This document shows, one piece after another, positions 50,056 to 62,160 of a DNA stretch of 64,000 nt. The notes under the pieces are model-generated. The model saw only the letters and a list, made by a program, of their open reading frames with translations, had not been told where the DNA came from and searched no databases. The stretch is from Antedon mediterranea (Eukaryota; Animalia; Echinodermata), in contig NC_092674.1 of the NCBI RefSeq assembly GCF_964355755.1, positions 18,352,001-18,416,000 of the forward strand, given 5' to 3'. The first letter of the stretch is position 1; the number at the start of each line of letters is the position of its first letter. A program made the position numbers and the translations under genes.

Positions 50056-52132
50056 GTCGATCAAATCCAATCAACAAGTACTAATATCAAGACATGCCTC
50101 AAAAAATGAAAATCAACTCCCATCAACTTAATGACCCAACATCCATAGCGAATGCGTTTAACACATACTTTATAAATATAGGTGACCAAATGACAGGTGA
50201 TGATAACCGTAATAGTAACACCGAATATAAAATACAACATGACATTTTGAATTCAATGTTTTTTAGAGCTGTATCCGAGTCCGATATCATTAAATACATT
50301 AATGACTTAAATGTAAATAAGTCAAGTGGTTGTGATGACATTGGTACCATTTATATAAAAAATAACTCAGATATACTGGCTAAACCGTTATCTCATATAA
50401 TCAATGTATCCCTTCAATCGGGTGTATTTCCTTGTCAACTAAAAATTGCTAAAACAATTCCTGTGTATAAAAAAGGAGCAAGGGAGAACATAGAAAATTA
50501 TAGACCGATATCGATATTACCATGTATATCTAAGGTATTTGAAAGGGTCGTATATGACCAAACAATCGCTTTTTTGTGTAAATATGATATGTTACATGAA
50601 TCTCAATATGGATTCAGGGCAGGTCATTCAACTAACCACGCCCTCCTACAAGTCCTTGATAAAATAACAACAGCCGTTGACAACAAGCAATTTATGATTG
50701 GCGTATTTTTGGATTTATCCAAGGCGTTCGATTCGATAGATCATGAATTATTGCTCACAAAATTGCCCCATTATGGAATAAGAGGCGTGGTTCTTGATTG
50801 GTACCGAAGCTACCTTAGAGAAAGACAACAATTCGTACAAATTGGGAAGTGTCAGTCTGTAACCAAAATAATAAAACAAGGCGTTCCACAAGGGTCAATC
50901 CTTGGACCCCTGCTGTTTTTGATTTTCATAAATGACATGTTTTCTGTAAGTAATGTCGTTGATTTAATAATGTTTGCAGATGATACGAATATGTTTTTAC
51001 AACACAATGATATCGTCACTGCCTTTACAATAATGACAAATGAACTAAATAAAATTGAGAAATGGTGTAAAACTAATAGATTAACTATTAATACAACCAA
51101 GACTACGTATATGTTATTTAGTGGAAAGAATACCAACATTGACACATCCCAATTTGTACTTTCAATAAATAGAGTTTCAATAGATAGAGTACCATATACT
51201 AAATTTCTCGGTGTCGTCATTGATGAGAAACTGAACTTTAGACACCATACAAATGCAGTTTCTTGTAAAGCATCCTCAATAATTGGTGCCATGTGTCATA
51301 TAAAAAAATTAGTATCTACTGAAGTGTTACTTACCATATACAAGACACTTATATTACCAGTGTTGACATATGGTATTATTGTATGGGGTGCGGGGAACAA
51401 AGACAATTTGGATCGCCTTCTATTGCTTCAGAAAAAAGCTCTTAGGATCATTTGTAAGGTAGACTTTCATCATCCCTCTTCTCAGCTCTTTGTGAAAACG
51501 GGCACACTTAATATATTTGATTTGTATAAAAACAGTGTTTTAAATTTTATGTTTAAATACCAAAAAGGACAACTTCCAAAATGTTTTAATTCTTTATTCA
51601 GTTTATTTGATAATTATCATACATATAACACTCGAAATAAAGACAATTATTGTATAAAATTAAAATCAACTAATATGGGTCAGCAAAGTATAGCATATAG
51701 AGGACCTAAGCTATGGAATCAACTTATAAGAAATATAAGAGAGAGTGAAAATATATCAATATTTAAAAAACTATTACTAAATAAATGCATTAATAGTTAT
51801 AAAGAAACAATATATCTATGCGAAAACAACATTTGTAAAATATGTCTAACTTTAACTTAATTAATTACATTCTCGTATATATTCTGAGACTGATGTATAT
51901 ATATATGTTATATTATAGTACGTTGTATTTTCCTTCATTTATTTACTACATGAAAACATTTTTTGTAATATATTTGTAAATTTATATTTTAAGTTAGGGT
52001 GCCACAGATTAAAAGCTTTGCTTGCTTGTGGTTATCCTGTTTTTCACACTTTATTGTACTTAATCTTTTATTTATATTTTTAAGAATGTTGTGTGAAAAA
52101 TAAAAGAATCAATCAATCAATCAATCAATCAA
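50056..52132 (+). mobile_element. 5'-truncated L2/CR1-group LINE with an uninterrupted RT frame and (aatc)n tail
   Basis: 588-aa ORF followed by a 3' UTR, aataaaa and (aatc)x6 at ~52107-52130. Confidence 0.92.
50094..51860 (+). CDS. LINE reverse transcriptase ORF2 (endonuclease domain missing)
   Basis: NYRPISIL, QYGFR, FLDLSKAFD, GVPQGSILGP, FADD, KFLGV, HTYNTR, GPKLWN. Confidence 0.85.
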   Translation: MPQKMKINSHQLNDPTSIANAFNTYFINIGDQMTGDDNRNSNTEYKIQHDILNSMFFRAVSESDIIKYINDLNVNKSSGCDDIGTIYIKNNSDILAKPLSHIINVSLQSGVFPCQLKIAKTIPVYKKGARENIENYRPISILPCISKVFERVVYDQTIAFLCKYDMLHESQYGFRAGHSTNHALLQVLDKITTAVDNKQFMIGVFLDLSKAFDSIDHELLLTKLPHYGIRGVVLDWYRSYLRERQQFVQIGKCQSVTKIIKQGVPQGSILGPLLFLIFINDMFSVSNVVDLIMFADDTNMFLQHNDIVTAFTIMTNELNKIEKWCKTNRLTINTTKTTYMLFSGKNTNIDTSQFVLSINRVSIDRVPYTKFLGVVIDEKLNFRHHTNAVSCKASSIIGAMCHIKKLVSTEVLLTIYKTLILPVLTYGIIVWGAGNKDNLDRLLLLQKKALRIICKVDFHHPSSQLFVKTGTLNIFDLYKNSVLNFMFKYQKGQLPKCFNSLFSLFDNYHTYNTRNKDNYCIKLKSTNMGQQSIAYRGPKLWNQLIRNIRESENISIFKKLLLNKCINSYKETIYLCENNICKICLTLT

Positions 52133-52931
52133 TTTGAATAATGAATGTAAACATTTGTATATGCGTTTTTGTTTAAAAAATAAAAGGATTGAATTGAAAA
52201 ACAGTGTGAAACGAGTTTGTTTTGCATTAGGCCTACATTAACGTATCTATGTTTTGTTTTTAAATATATGTAGGCCTAAGTATTTGTGTATATGCTTTTG
52301 TTTTAAAAATAAAAAGATTGAATGATCATTGACAAAAGTGTAAAGTGAGTTTGTTTTGTTATTTTTCCCGTCAGAAACAAATAGAATATTTACAAAATAT
52401 ATCAAAATATAATGCTTATAAAAACATTTAAAAAAAAGTTAAACTAATAATAAAATACTGTTTTTACAATATTTATTTAAATATAATGATTATTATATAA
52501 AAACATTTTTAAATAAACAGCTAAAAAATAATAGAGCCTACACTTCGATCTTTAATTAGAGCTTACAGTGTACAGTACTGCATTGAGCGGCGTTCCATAG
52601 AAATCGCCGGAAGTTCGATTTACCGGAAGCGCGACCGAAATGAAACGCGACCGAGATGATCCGATACCCTACTACTAGGCCTAGCTCTAGCTAGGCCAGG
52701 CCTCCCCTTAGACTACTACTACTAGCTAGGCCGGATCCTACTAACTAGGCCTAGCCTACCCTCGTTATCCCGCTAGCTAGGCCTAGACCATCCACCACCA
52801 GGGCTAGGCCTAGCCTGTTCCGCCTATAATTTATTCACGTCCTCCTGCTGTGATGTATTTTATTGTATCTAGCCTATTGGCCTAGTAGGACCGTAGAAAG
52901 AGGCTACTACTTACACAGGCCTACAGTATAA

Positions 52932-53115
52932 TACAAATATAATAGGATATAGGTCAACCCGTACCCATGCCAACTCGTACCCACCAACTCGTACCCAAAT
53001 GTTGGCTTACTCATACCAAAGATAGTATAATTATAGGCCTAGCACGCTATTTTGCTCGTACCCACAATTTTGGCTCACTCGTACCCATAATAATTGGCTG
53101 GCCCGTACCCATGTT
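52932..53115. repeat. Cluster of (c/t)cgtaccc motifs, probably one end of a TIR element
   Basis: ta|ggtcaacccgtacccatgccaactcgtacccaccaactcgtaccca... about 7 copies; no partner end in the window. Confidence 0.5.
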
Positions 53116-53977
53116 TAATGATATTTAAATTATATTTATATTACATTTATAATCAGTTTTATTACATTTTTAGATACAAATCATCATGATCGATACTATA
53201 ATGGCAAAAACTACTGACCTAAAAAGTATAACATATGTACAGACTCGTACGAAAAAAGCACAACTTCCACCGTATTTTGGTAGCCAAGTTAATAATTGAG
53301 GGCGCTGTTTACACATGGAAGCCAGAGAGCCATATATATAAAGAGTTACGACATTGGATTATAGTCACGTGATATGCAGATCAAAATGTGTCAAACTTGT
53401 CTCTATTAGTGCATGTAAAGTATAGGAGCAACAAAATACTTTCAACTTTTTCTTATATTTAAAAAAATGTAATTGCACATTTTACGGTAAAATATCGACG
53501 TGCACAGCGTACAGAAGTACTTGCGCCAAAGAATATTGCGCGCGCGTGCGCTAATACATTATAACGTTCTATTGATTGATTTTGGAACGAAACATCCCAT
53601 AACTACGTCCTATTAATAAAAGTTATGTAATATTTTCAATTCATAATGCATGCTTTGATGACTAAATAAAATAATAATGTGTTGAGGATATATTTTTTAA
53701 TATACTGAAAAGGGTATGAACATTATTAAAATAATAAAGGCAAATTATTACAAATGAAATGATGAACGAGTCTCTGAATGTTAATAACGTTGGCGGCGCA
53801 GTTTGTGTAAAAAACACACAGAAAGCCATGCTTGTGTCAAGCTAGCCAACAATAAGCCAGCCAACAATAAGCCAGCCCACTTTTATTTTTTCCAGCCAAC
53901 AATAACTATGAAACGCCGTTTGTGCATTCTTTACATTTTCATTGTTACTTATGGCTTTTATGGTATTAGGAATTAAA

Positions 53978-56900
53978 TATTTGTGAGCAAAACGGCATAT
54001 TGTTCCTGGGATTCACTTGGTGGGATTATACTAGGGTACCCCCTTAGTCGTCCAGTATAAGTTAGAGTGGGACCACTGGTCCCGTTTACTCAGCCCTCAT
54101 CTTTAAAATTTGAGTGTAACTCAATTATGATTTTTAAAATATAGTTAAATTTGAAACTGTATTTGTGAGAAAATGGCGGATTGTTCCTGGGAGTCACTTG
54201 GTGGGATTATACTAGGGTACCCCCTTAGTCGTCCAGTATAAGTTAGAGTGCGACCACTGGTCCCGTTTACTCAGCCCTCATCTTTAAAATTTGAGTGTAA
54301 CTCAATTACAATTTTTAAAATATAGTTAAATTTGAAACTGTATTGGTGAGAAAATGGCGGATTGTTCCTGAGAGTCACTTGGTGGGATTATACTAGGGTG
54401 CCTCCTAAGTCGTACAGGATAAGTTAGAGTGGGACCACTGGTACCGTTTAATCAGCCCTCATCTTTTAAATTTGAGTGTAACTCATTTACGATTTAAAAA
54501 ATATAGTGAAATTTGATACTGTATTTGTGAAAAAATGGCGGATTGTTCCTGGGAGTCACTTGGTGGGATTATACTAGGGTACCTCCTTAGTTGTCCAGAA
54601 TAAGTTAGAGTGGGACCACTGGTCCCGTTTACTCAGCCCTCATCTTTTAAATTTGAGTGTAACTCATTTACGATTTTAAAAATATAGTGAAATTTGATAC
54701 TGTATTTGTGAGAAAACGGCGGATTGTTCCTGGGAGTCACATGGTGGGATTATACTAGGGTACCCCCTTAGTCGTCCAGTATAAGTTAGAGTGCGACCAC
54801 TGGTCCCGTTTACTCAGCCCTCATCTTTTAAATTTGAGTGTAACTCAATTACGATAACATTTTTAAAATATAGTGAAAATTGATACTGTATTTGTGAGAA
54901 AATGGCGGATTGTTCCTGGGAGTCACTTGGTGGGATTATACTAGGGTACCTCCTTAGTTGTCCAGTATAAGTTAGAGTGGGACCACTGGTCCCGTTTACT
55001 CAGCCCTCATCTTTTAAATTTGAGTGTAACTCATTTACGATTTTTAAAATATAGTAAAATTTGAAACTGTATTTGTGAGAAAATGGCGGATTGTTCCTGG
55101 GAGTCACTTGGTGGGATTATACTAGGGTACCTCTTTAGTTGTCCAGTATAAGTTATAGTGGGACCACTGGTCCCGTTTACTAAGCCCTCATCTTTAAAAT
55201 TTGAGTGTAACTCATTTACGATTTTTAAAAATATAGTGAAATTTGATACTGTATTTGTGAGAAAATGGCGGATTGTTCCTGGGAGTCACTTTGTGGGATT
55301 ATACTAGGGTACCTTCTTAGTTGTCCAGTATAAGTTAGAGTGGGACCACTGGTCCCGTTTACTCAGCCCTCATCTTTAAAATTTGAGTGTAACTCATTTA
55401 CGATTTTTAAAATATAGTGAAATTTGATACTGTATTTGTGAGAAAACGGCGGATTGTTCCTTAGAGTCACTTGGTGGGATTATACTAGGGTACCCCCTTA
55501 GTCGTCCAGTATAAGTTAGAGTGGGACCACTGGTCCCGTTTACTCAGCCCTCATCTTTTAAATTTGAGTGTAACTCATTTTCGATTTTTAAAATATAGTA
55601 AAATTTGATACTGTATTTGTGAGAAAACGGCGGATTGTTCCTGAGAGTCAGTTGGTGGGATTATACTAGGGTGCCTCCTTAGTCGTCCAGTATAAGTTAG
55701 AGTGGGACCACTGGTCCCGTTTACTCAGCCCTCATCTTTTAAATTTGAGTGTAACTCATTTACGATTTTAAAAATATAGAGAAATTAGATACTGTATTTG
55801 TGAGAAAACGGCGGATTTTTCCTGGGAGTCGCATGGTGGGATTATACTAAGGTACGTCCTTAGTCATCCAGCATAAGTTAGAGTGCGACCACTCGTTCCG
55901 TTTACTCAGCCCTCATCTTTTAAATTTGAGTGTAACTCAATTACGATAAAAAAATTTAAAATATAGTGAAAATTGATACTGTATTTGTGAGAAAATGGCG
56001 GATTGTTCCTGGAAGTCACTTGGTGGGATTATACTAGGGTACCTCCTTAGTCGTCCAGTATTAGTTAGAGTGGGACCACTGGTCCGGTTTACTCAGCCCT
56101 CATCTTTAAAATTTGAGTGTAACTCATTTACGATTTTTAAAATATAGTGAAATTTGATACTGTATTTGTGAGAAAATGGCGGATTGTTCCTTGGAGTCAC
56201 TTGGTGGGATTATACTAGGGTACCCCCTTAGTCGTCCAGTATAAGTTAGAGTGGGACCACGTGTCCCGTTTACTCAGCCCTCATCTTTAAAATTTGAGTG
56301 TAACTCATTTACGATTTTTAAAATATAGTGAAATTTGAAACTGTATTTGTGAGAAAACGGCGGATTGTTCCTGAGAGTCACTTGGTGGGATTATACTAGG
56401 GTACACCGTACCCTTAGTCGTCCAGTATAAGTTATAGTGGGACCACTGGTCCCGTTTACTAAGACCTCATCTTTAAAATTTGAGTGTAACTCATTTACGA
56501 TTTTTAAAAATATAGTGAAATTTGATACTGTATTTGTGAGAAAATGGCGGATTGTTCCTGGGAGTCACTTTGTGGGATTATACTAGGGTACCTTCTTAGT
56601 TGTCCAGTATAAATTAGAGTGGGACCACTGGTCCCGTTTACTCAGCCCTCATCTTTAAAATTTGAGTGTAACTCATTTACGATTTTTAAAATATAGTGAA
56701 ATTTGATACTGTATTTGTGAGAAAACGGCGGATTGTTCCTTAGAGTCACTTGATGGGATTATACTAGGGTACCCCCTTAGTCGTCCAGTATAAGTTAGAG
56801 TGGGACCACTGGTCCCGTTTACTCAGCCCTCATCTTTTAAATTTGAGTGTAACTCATTTACGATTTTTAAAATATAGTAAAATTTGATACTGTATTTGAG

Positions 56901-59900
56901 AGAAAACTGCGGATTGTTCCTGAGAGTCACTTGGTGGGATTATACTAGGGTGCCTCCTTAGTCGTCCAGTATAAGTTAGAGTGGGACCACTGGTCCCGTT
57001 TACTCAGCCCTCATCTTTTAAATTTGAGTGTAACTCATTTACGATTTTAAAAATATAGAGAAATTAGATACTGTATTTGTGAGAAAACGGTGGATTTTTC
57101 CTGGGAGTCACATGGTGGGATTATACTAAGGTACGTCCTTAGTCGTCCAGTATAAGTTAGAGTGCGACCACTGGTTCCGTTTACTCAGCCCTCATCTTTT
57201 AAATTTGAGTGTAACTCAATTACGATAAAAAAATTTAAAATATAGTGAAAATTGATACTGTATTTGTGAGAAAATGGCGGATTGTTCCTGGGAGTCACTT
57301 GGTGGGATTATACTAGGGTACCTCCTTAGTCGTCCAGTATTAGTTAGAGTGGGACCACTGGTCCGGTTTACTCAGCCCTCATCTTTAAAATTTGAGTGTA
57401 ACTCATTTACGATTTTTAAAATATAGTGAAATTTGATACTGTATTTGTGAGAAAATGGCGGATTGTTCCTTGGAGTCACTTGGTGGGATTATACTAGGGT
57501 ACCCCCTTAGTCGTCCAGTATAAGTTAGAGTGGGACCACTTGTCCCGTTTACTCAGCCCTCATCTTTAAAATTTGAGTGTAACTCATTTACGATTTTTAA
57601 AATATAGTGAAATTTGAAACTGTATTTGTGAGAAAACGGCGGATTGTTCCTGAGAGTCACTTGGTGGGATTATACTAGGGTACACCGTACCGTTAGTCGT
57701 CCAGTATAAGTTATAGTGGGACCACTGGTTCCGTTTACTAAGCCCTCATCTTTAAAATTTGAGTGTAACTCATTTACGATTTTTAAAAATATAGTGAAAT
57801 TTGATACTGTATTTGTGAGAAAACGGCGGATTGTTCCTTAGAGTCACTTGGTGGGATTATACTAGGGTACCCCCTTAGTCGTCCAGTATAAGTTAGAGTG
57901 GGACCACTGGTCCCGTTTACTCAGCCCTCATCTTTTAAATTTGAGTGTAACTCATTTACGATTTTTAAAATATAGTAAAATTTGATACTGTATTTGTGAG
58001 AAAACGGCGGATTGTTCCTGAGAGTCACTTGGTGGGATTATACTAGGGTGCCTCCTTAGTCGTCCAGTATAAGTTAGAGTGGGACCACTGGTCCCGTTTA
58101 CTCAGCCCTCATCTTTTAAATTTGAGTGTAACTCATTTACGATTTTAAAAATATAGAGAAATTAGATACTGTATTTGTGAGAAAACGGCGGATTTTTCCT
58201 GGGAGTCACATGGTGGGATTATACTAAGGTACATCCTTAGTCGTCCAGTATAAGTTAGAGTGCAACCACTGGTTCCGTTTACTCAGCCCTCATCTTTTAA
58301 ATTTGAGTGTAACTCAATTACGATAAAAAAATTTAAAATATAGTGAAAATTGATACTGTATTTGTGAGAAAATGGCGGATTGTTCCTGGGAGTCACTTGG
58401 TGGGATTATACTAGGGTACCTCCTTAGTTGTCCAGTAGAAGTTAGAGTGGGACCACTGGTCCCGTTTACTCAGCCCTCATCTTTAACGTTTGAGTGTAAC
58501 TCAATTACGATTAATATTTTAAAATATAGTGAAATTTGATACTGTATTTGTGAGAAAATGGCGGATTGTTCCCGGGAGTCACTTGGTGGGATTATACTAG
58601 GGTACCTCCTTAGTTGTCCAGTTTAAGTTAGAGTGGGACCACTGGTCCCGTTTACTCAGCCCTTATCTTTAAAATTTTAGTGTAACTCAATTACGATTAA
58701 TATTTTAAAATATAGTGAAATTTGATACTGTATTTGTGAGAAAATGGCGGATTGTTCCTGGCAGTCATTTGGTGGGATTATACTAGGGTACCTCCTTAGT
58801 CGTCCAGTATTAGTTAGAGTGGGACCACTGGTCCGGTTTACTCAGCCCTCATCTTTAAAATTTGAGTGTAACTCATTTACGATTTTTAAAATATAGTGAA
58901 ATTTGATACTGTATTTGTGAGAAAATGGCGGATTGTTCCTTGGAGTCACTTGGTGGGATTATACTAGGGTACCCCCTTAGTCGTCCAGTATAAGTTAGAG
59001 TGGGACCACTTGTCCCGTTTACTCAGCCCTCATCTTTAAAATTTGAGTGTAACTCATTTACGATTTTTAAAATATAGTGAAATTTGAAACTGTATTTGTG
59101 AGAAAACGGCGGATTGTTCCTGAGAGTCACTTGGTGGGATTATACTAGGGTACACCGTACCCTTAGTCGTCCAGTATAAGTTATAGTGGGACCACTGGTC
59201 CCGTTTACTAAGCCCTCATCTTTAAAATTTGAGTGTAACTCATTTACGATTTTTAAAAATATAGTGAAATTTGATACTGTATTTGTGAGAAAACGGCGGA
59301 TTGTTCCTTAGAGTCACTTGGTGGGATTATACTAGGGTACCCCCTTAGTCGTCCAGTATAAGTTAGAGTGGGACCACTGGTCCCGTTTACTCAGCCCTCA
59401 TCTTTTAAATTTGAGTGTAACTCATTTACGATTTTTAAAATATAGTAAAATTTGATACTGTATTTGTGAGAAAACGGCGAATTGTTCCTGAGAGTCACTT
59501 GGTGGGATTATACTAGGGTGCCTCCTTAGTCGTCCAGTATAAGTTAGAGTGGGACCACTGGTCCCGTTTACTCAGCCCTCATCTTTTAAATTTGAGTGTA
59601 ACTCATTTACGATTTTAAAAATATAGAGAAATTAGATACTGTATTTGTGAGAAAACGGCGGATTTTTCCTGGGAGTCACATGGTGGGATTATACTAAGGT
59701 ACGTCCTTAGTCGTCCAGTATAAGTTAGAGTGCAACCACTGGTCCCGTTTACTCAGCCCTCATCTTTTAAATTTGAGTGTAACTCAATTACGATAAAAAA
59801 ATTTAAAATATAGTGAAAATTGATACTGTATTTGTGAGAAAATGGCGGATTGTTCCTGGGAGTCACTTGGTGGGATTATACTAGGGTACCTCCTTAGTTG

Positions 59901-62160
59901 TCCAGTAGAAGTTAGAGTGGGACCACTGGTCCCGTTTACTCAGCCCTCATCTTTAACGTTTGAGTGTAACTCAATTACGATTAATATTTTAAAATATAGT
60001 GAAATTTGATACTGTATTTGTGAGAAAATGGCGGATTGTTCCCGGGAGTCACTTGGTGGGATTATACTAGGGTACCTCCTTAGTTGTCCAGTTTAAGTTA
60101 GAGTGGGACCACTGGTCCCGTTTACTCAGCCCTTATCTTTAAAATTTGAGTGTAACTCAATTACGATTAATATTTTAAAATATAGTGAAATTTGATACTG
60201 TATTTGTGAGAAAATGGCGGATTGTTCCTGGCAGTCACTTGGTGGGATTATACTAGGGTACCCCCTTAGTCGTCCAGTATAAGTTAGAGTGGGACCACTG
60301 GTCCGGTTTACCAGGGGTCCCAAGTCTACCGCTACTCGCGGTAGTCTACCGCTTTTAGTACCCATCTACCGCGCTACCGCTATCTCGACGTTTTCTACCG
60401 CATTTTGATTTTTTTACCGCATTTTCAAATTTCCCCATATTTTTGGCCAAATTGATTTACGGTTACACCCAGGCTCAGCCCAGGTCAACAATAGTCAATA
60501 ACCAGACAAAGGTGAGGCACGATGTTGAAACAATGTCTATTCATGCAGTCTCCGTGGTCTATTATTGTATTTTTATTTGTATGCACTGCCTTTGTTAAAC
60601 CGTAACAATAATAATAAACATGCACGGTACTACACGCCGGACGTAGAAAAAAAGAAGCGTGCAACCAACCGTGAATCAATCACGTGGTAACCGGAATACG
60701 CGATTATTAATTTTGGGAGGATCAAAGTTTTAACTAAATAAACGCTTTTATTACACAGTGGTTGAGACACGTTTTTATAGTTATACATTTTTAAACACCC
60801 TCATAATTAATGGACTCTACCAATGTTGATCCGCTGCAATCAAAGAACAACAGATCGCACATCGCACGAGGTTGTTGAGGCGGTGTTTTATTTGGTTTTA
60901 CTGTACGATCCGATAATACGAACATGTTAAATGGATTCGCCAAGCAAGTACTGTAGGCCTACGTTTAATAAAAACATGGAGAAAAATTTACCTAAGATTG
61001 TCGTAAGCTCTTTTGTTCAAACTTGTTATTTATAGCAATAATCCACCCGTTCCGGCATGCACGCTAGGCCTCCAGCCTATTATGCCTACTCCTCGATCGA
61101 TCGATCGATCGATGTCGCTGGTGGGGAATTTCCCAGCGATAAGAAATCGGCGAAATAGCTCATAAACGGCCTACATTTTAATGTTATATCTTCAATGCCA
61201 GTGTAATTACGTATGGATAAAACAATATAAAACTCAATGTTTTTCATCTGAAATAATATGTTAACTCGCGTAATGAAGCATAAGACGGATTCGGAATAGG
61301 CCTAGTTTTTTGGTTTAAAAATGGTAGCTAGCTAGGGCCTAGAAGAAGAAGCCCTAGGCTAAAAAATGAGTAAATTCTATTGGGCAATACTATCATGTGT
61401 AAATATTGTACATTATGTAATTAAGTTAAATTATGTTATATACTGAATTTTAGTTAAAATACAGTACTGTATATATTTTTTTAATTTGTATCCATAAAAG
61501 AAATAAGAATGTAAAAATACTGATGGATAAACCTATGTAAAAATTAAGCCAACTTATAAATATTGTATATATATATGTAACATATTTAGTTAATTAAGAG
61601 ATGTAAAACGACACGCTTGTTGATTTTCGATTCCCCGCGCGTTGACTTTCGACGCCCCGACGAATTGAATGTGATTCGACACGACAAAATCTCCTGCGAA
61701 TGGACTTTCCCAAGTTGGGACCTCTGGGTTTACTCAGCCCTCATCTTTAAAATTTGAGTGTAACTCATTTACGATTTTAAAAATATAGTGAAATTTGATA
61801 CTGTATTTGTGAGAAAATGGCGGATTGTTCCTGGGAGTCACTTGGTGGGATTATACTTGGGTACCCACTTAGTCGTCCAGTATAAGTTAGAGTGGGACCA
61901 CTGGTCCCGTTTACTCAGCCCTCATTTTTAAAATTTGAGTGTAACTCATTTACGATTTTTAAAATATAGTGAAATTTGAAACTGTATTTGTGAAAAAACG
62001 GCGGATTGTTCCTGAGAGTCACTTGGTGGGATTATACTAGGGTACCTCCTTGGTCGTCCAGTAAAAGTTAGAGTGGTACCACTGGTTCCGTTTACTCAGC
62101 CCTCATCTTTTAAATTTGAGTGTAACTCATTTACGATTTTTAAAATATAGTGAAATTTGT
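53978..62160 (+). repeat. ~181-bp satellite array, forward block (~37 monomers), interrupted at 60312-61726
   Basis: tgttcctg recurs at 54001, 54182, 54363, 54544 and onward; monomers are highly similar with diagnostic variants. Confidence 0.98.
60312..61726. mobile_element. Non-autonomous TIR element with 7-bp TSD (P-element-like) inserted in the satellite
   Basis: TIRs caggggtcccaa / ttgggacctctg; ggtttac duplicated at 60305-60311 and 61727-61733; the monomer resumes in register; taccgc subterminal repeats. Confidence 0.85.

Noticed and set aside
48541-51860. Single tandem-RT gene or retron/DGR-like system
   Set aside because: Two distinct truncated LINE ORF2 pieces, the first frameshifted; no accessory gene or ncRNA structure seen
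60126-60365. 79-aa ORF across the satellite/MITE junction
   Set aside because: Chance open frame through one monomer; neighbouring monomers give no comparable ORF
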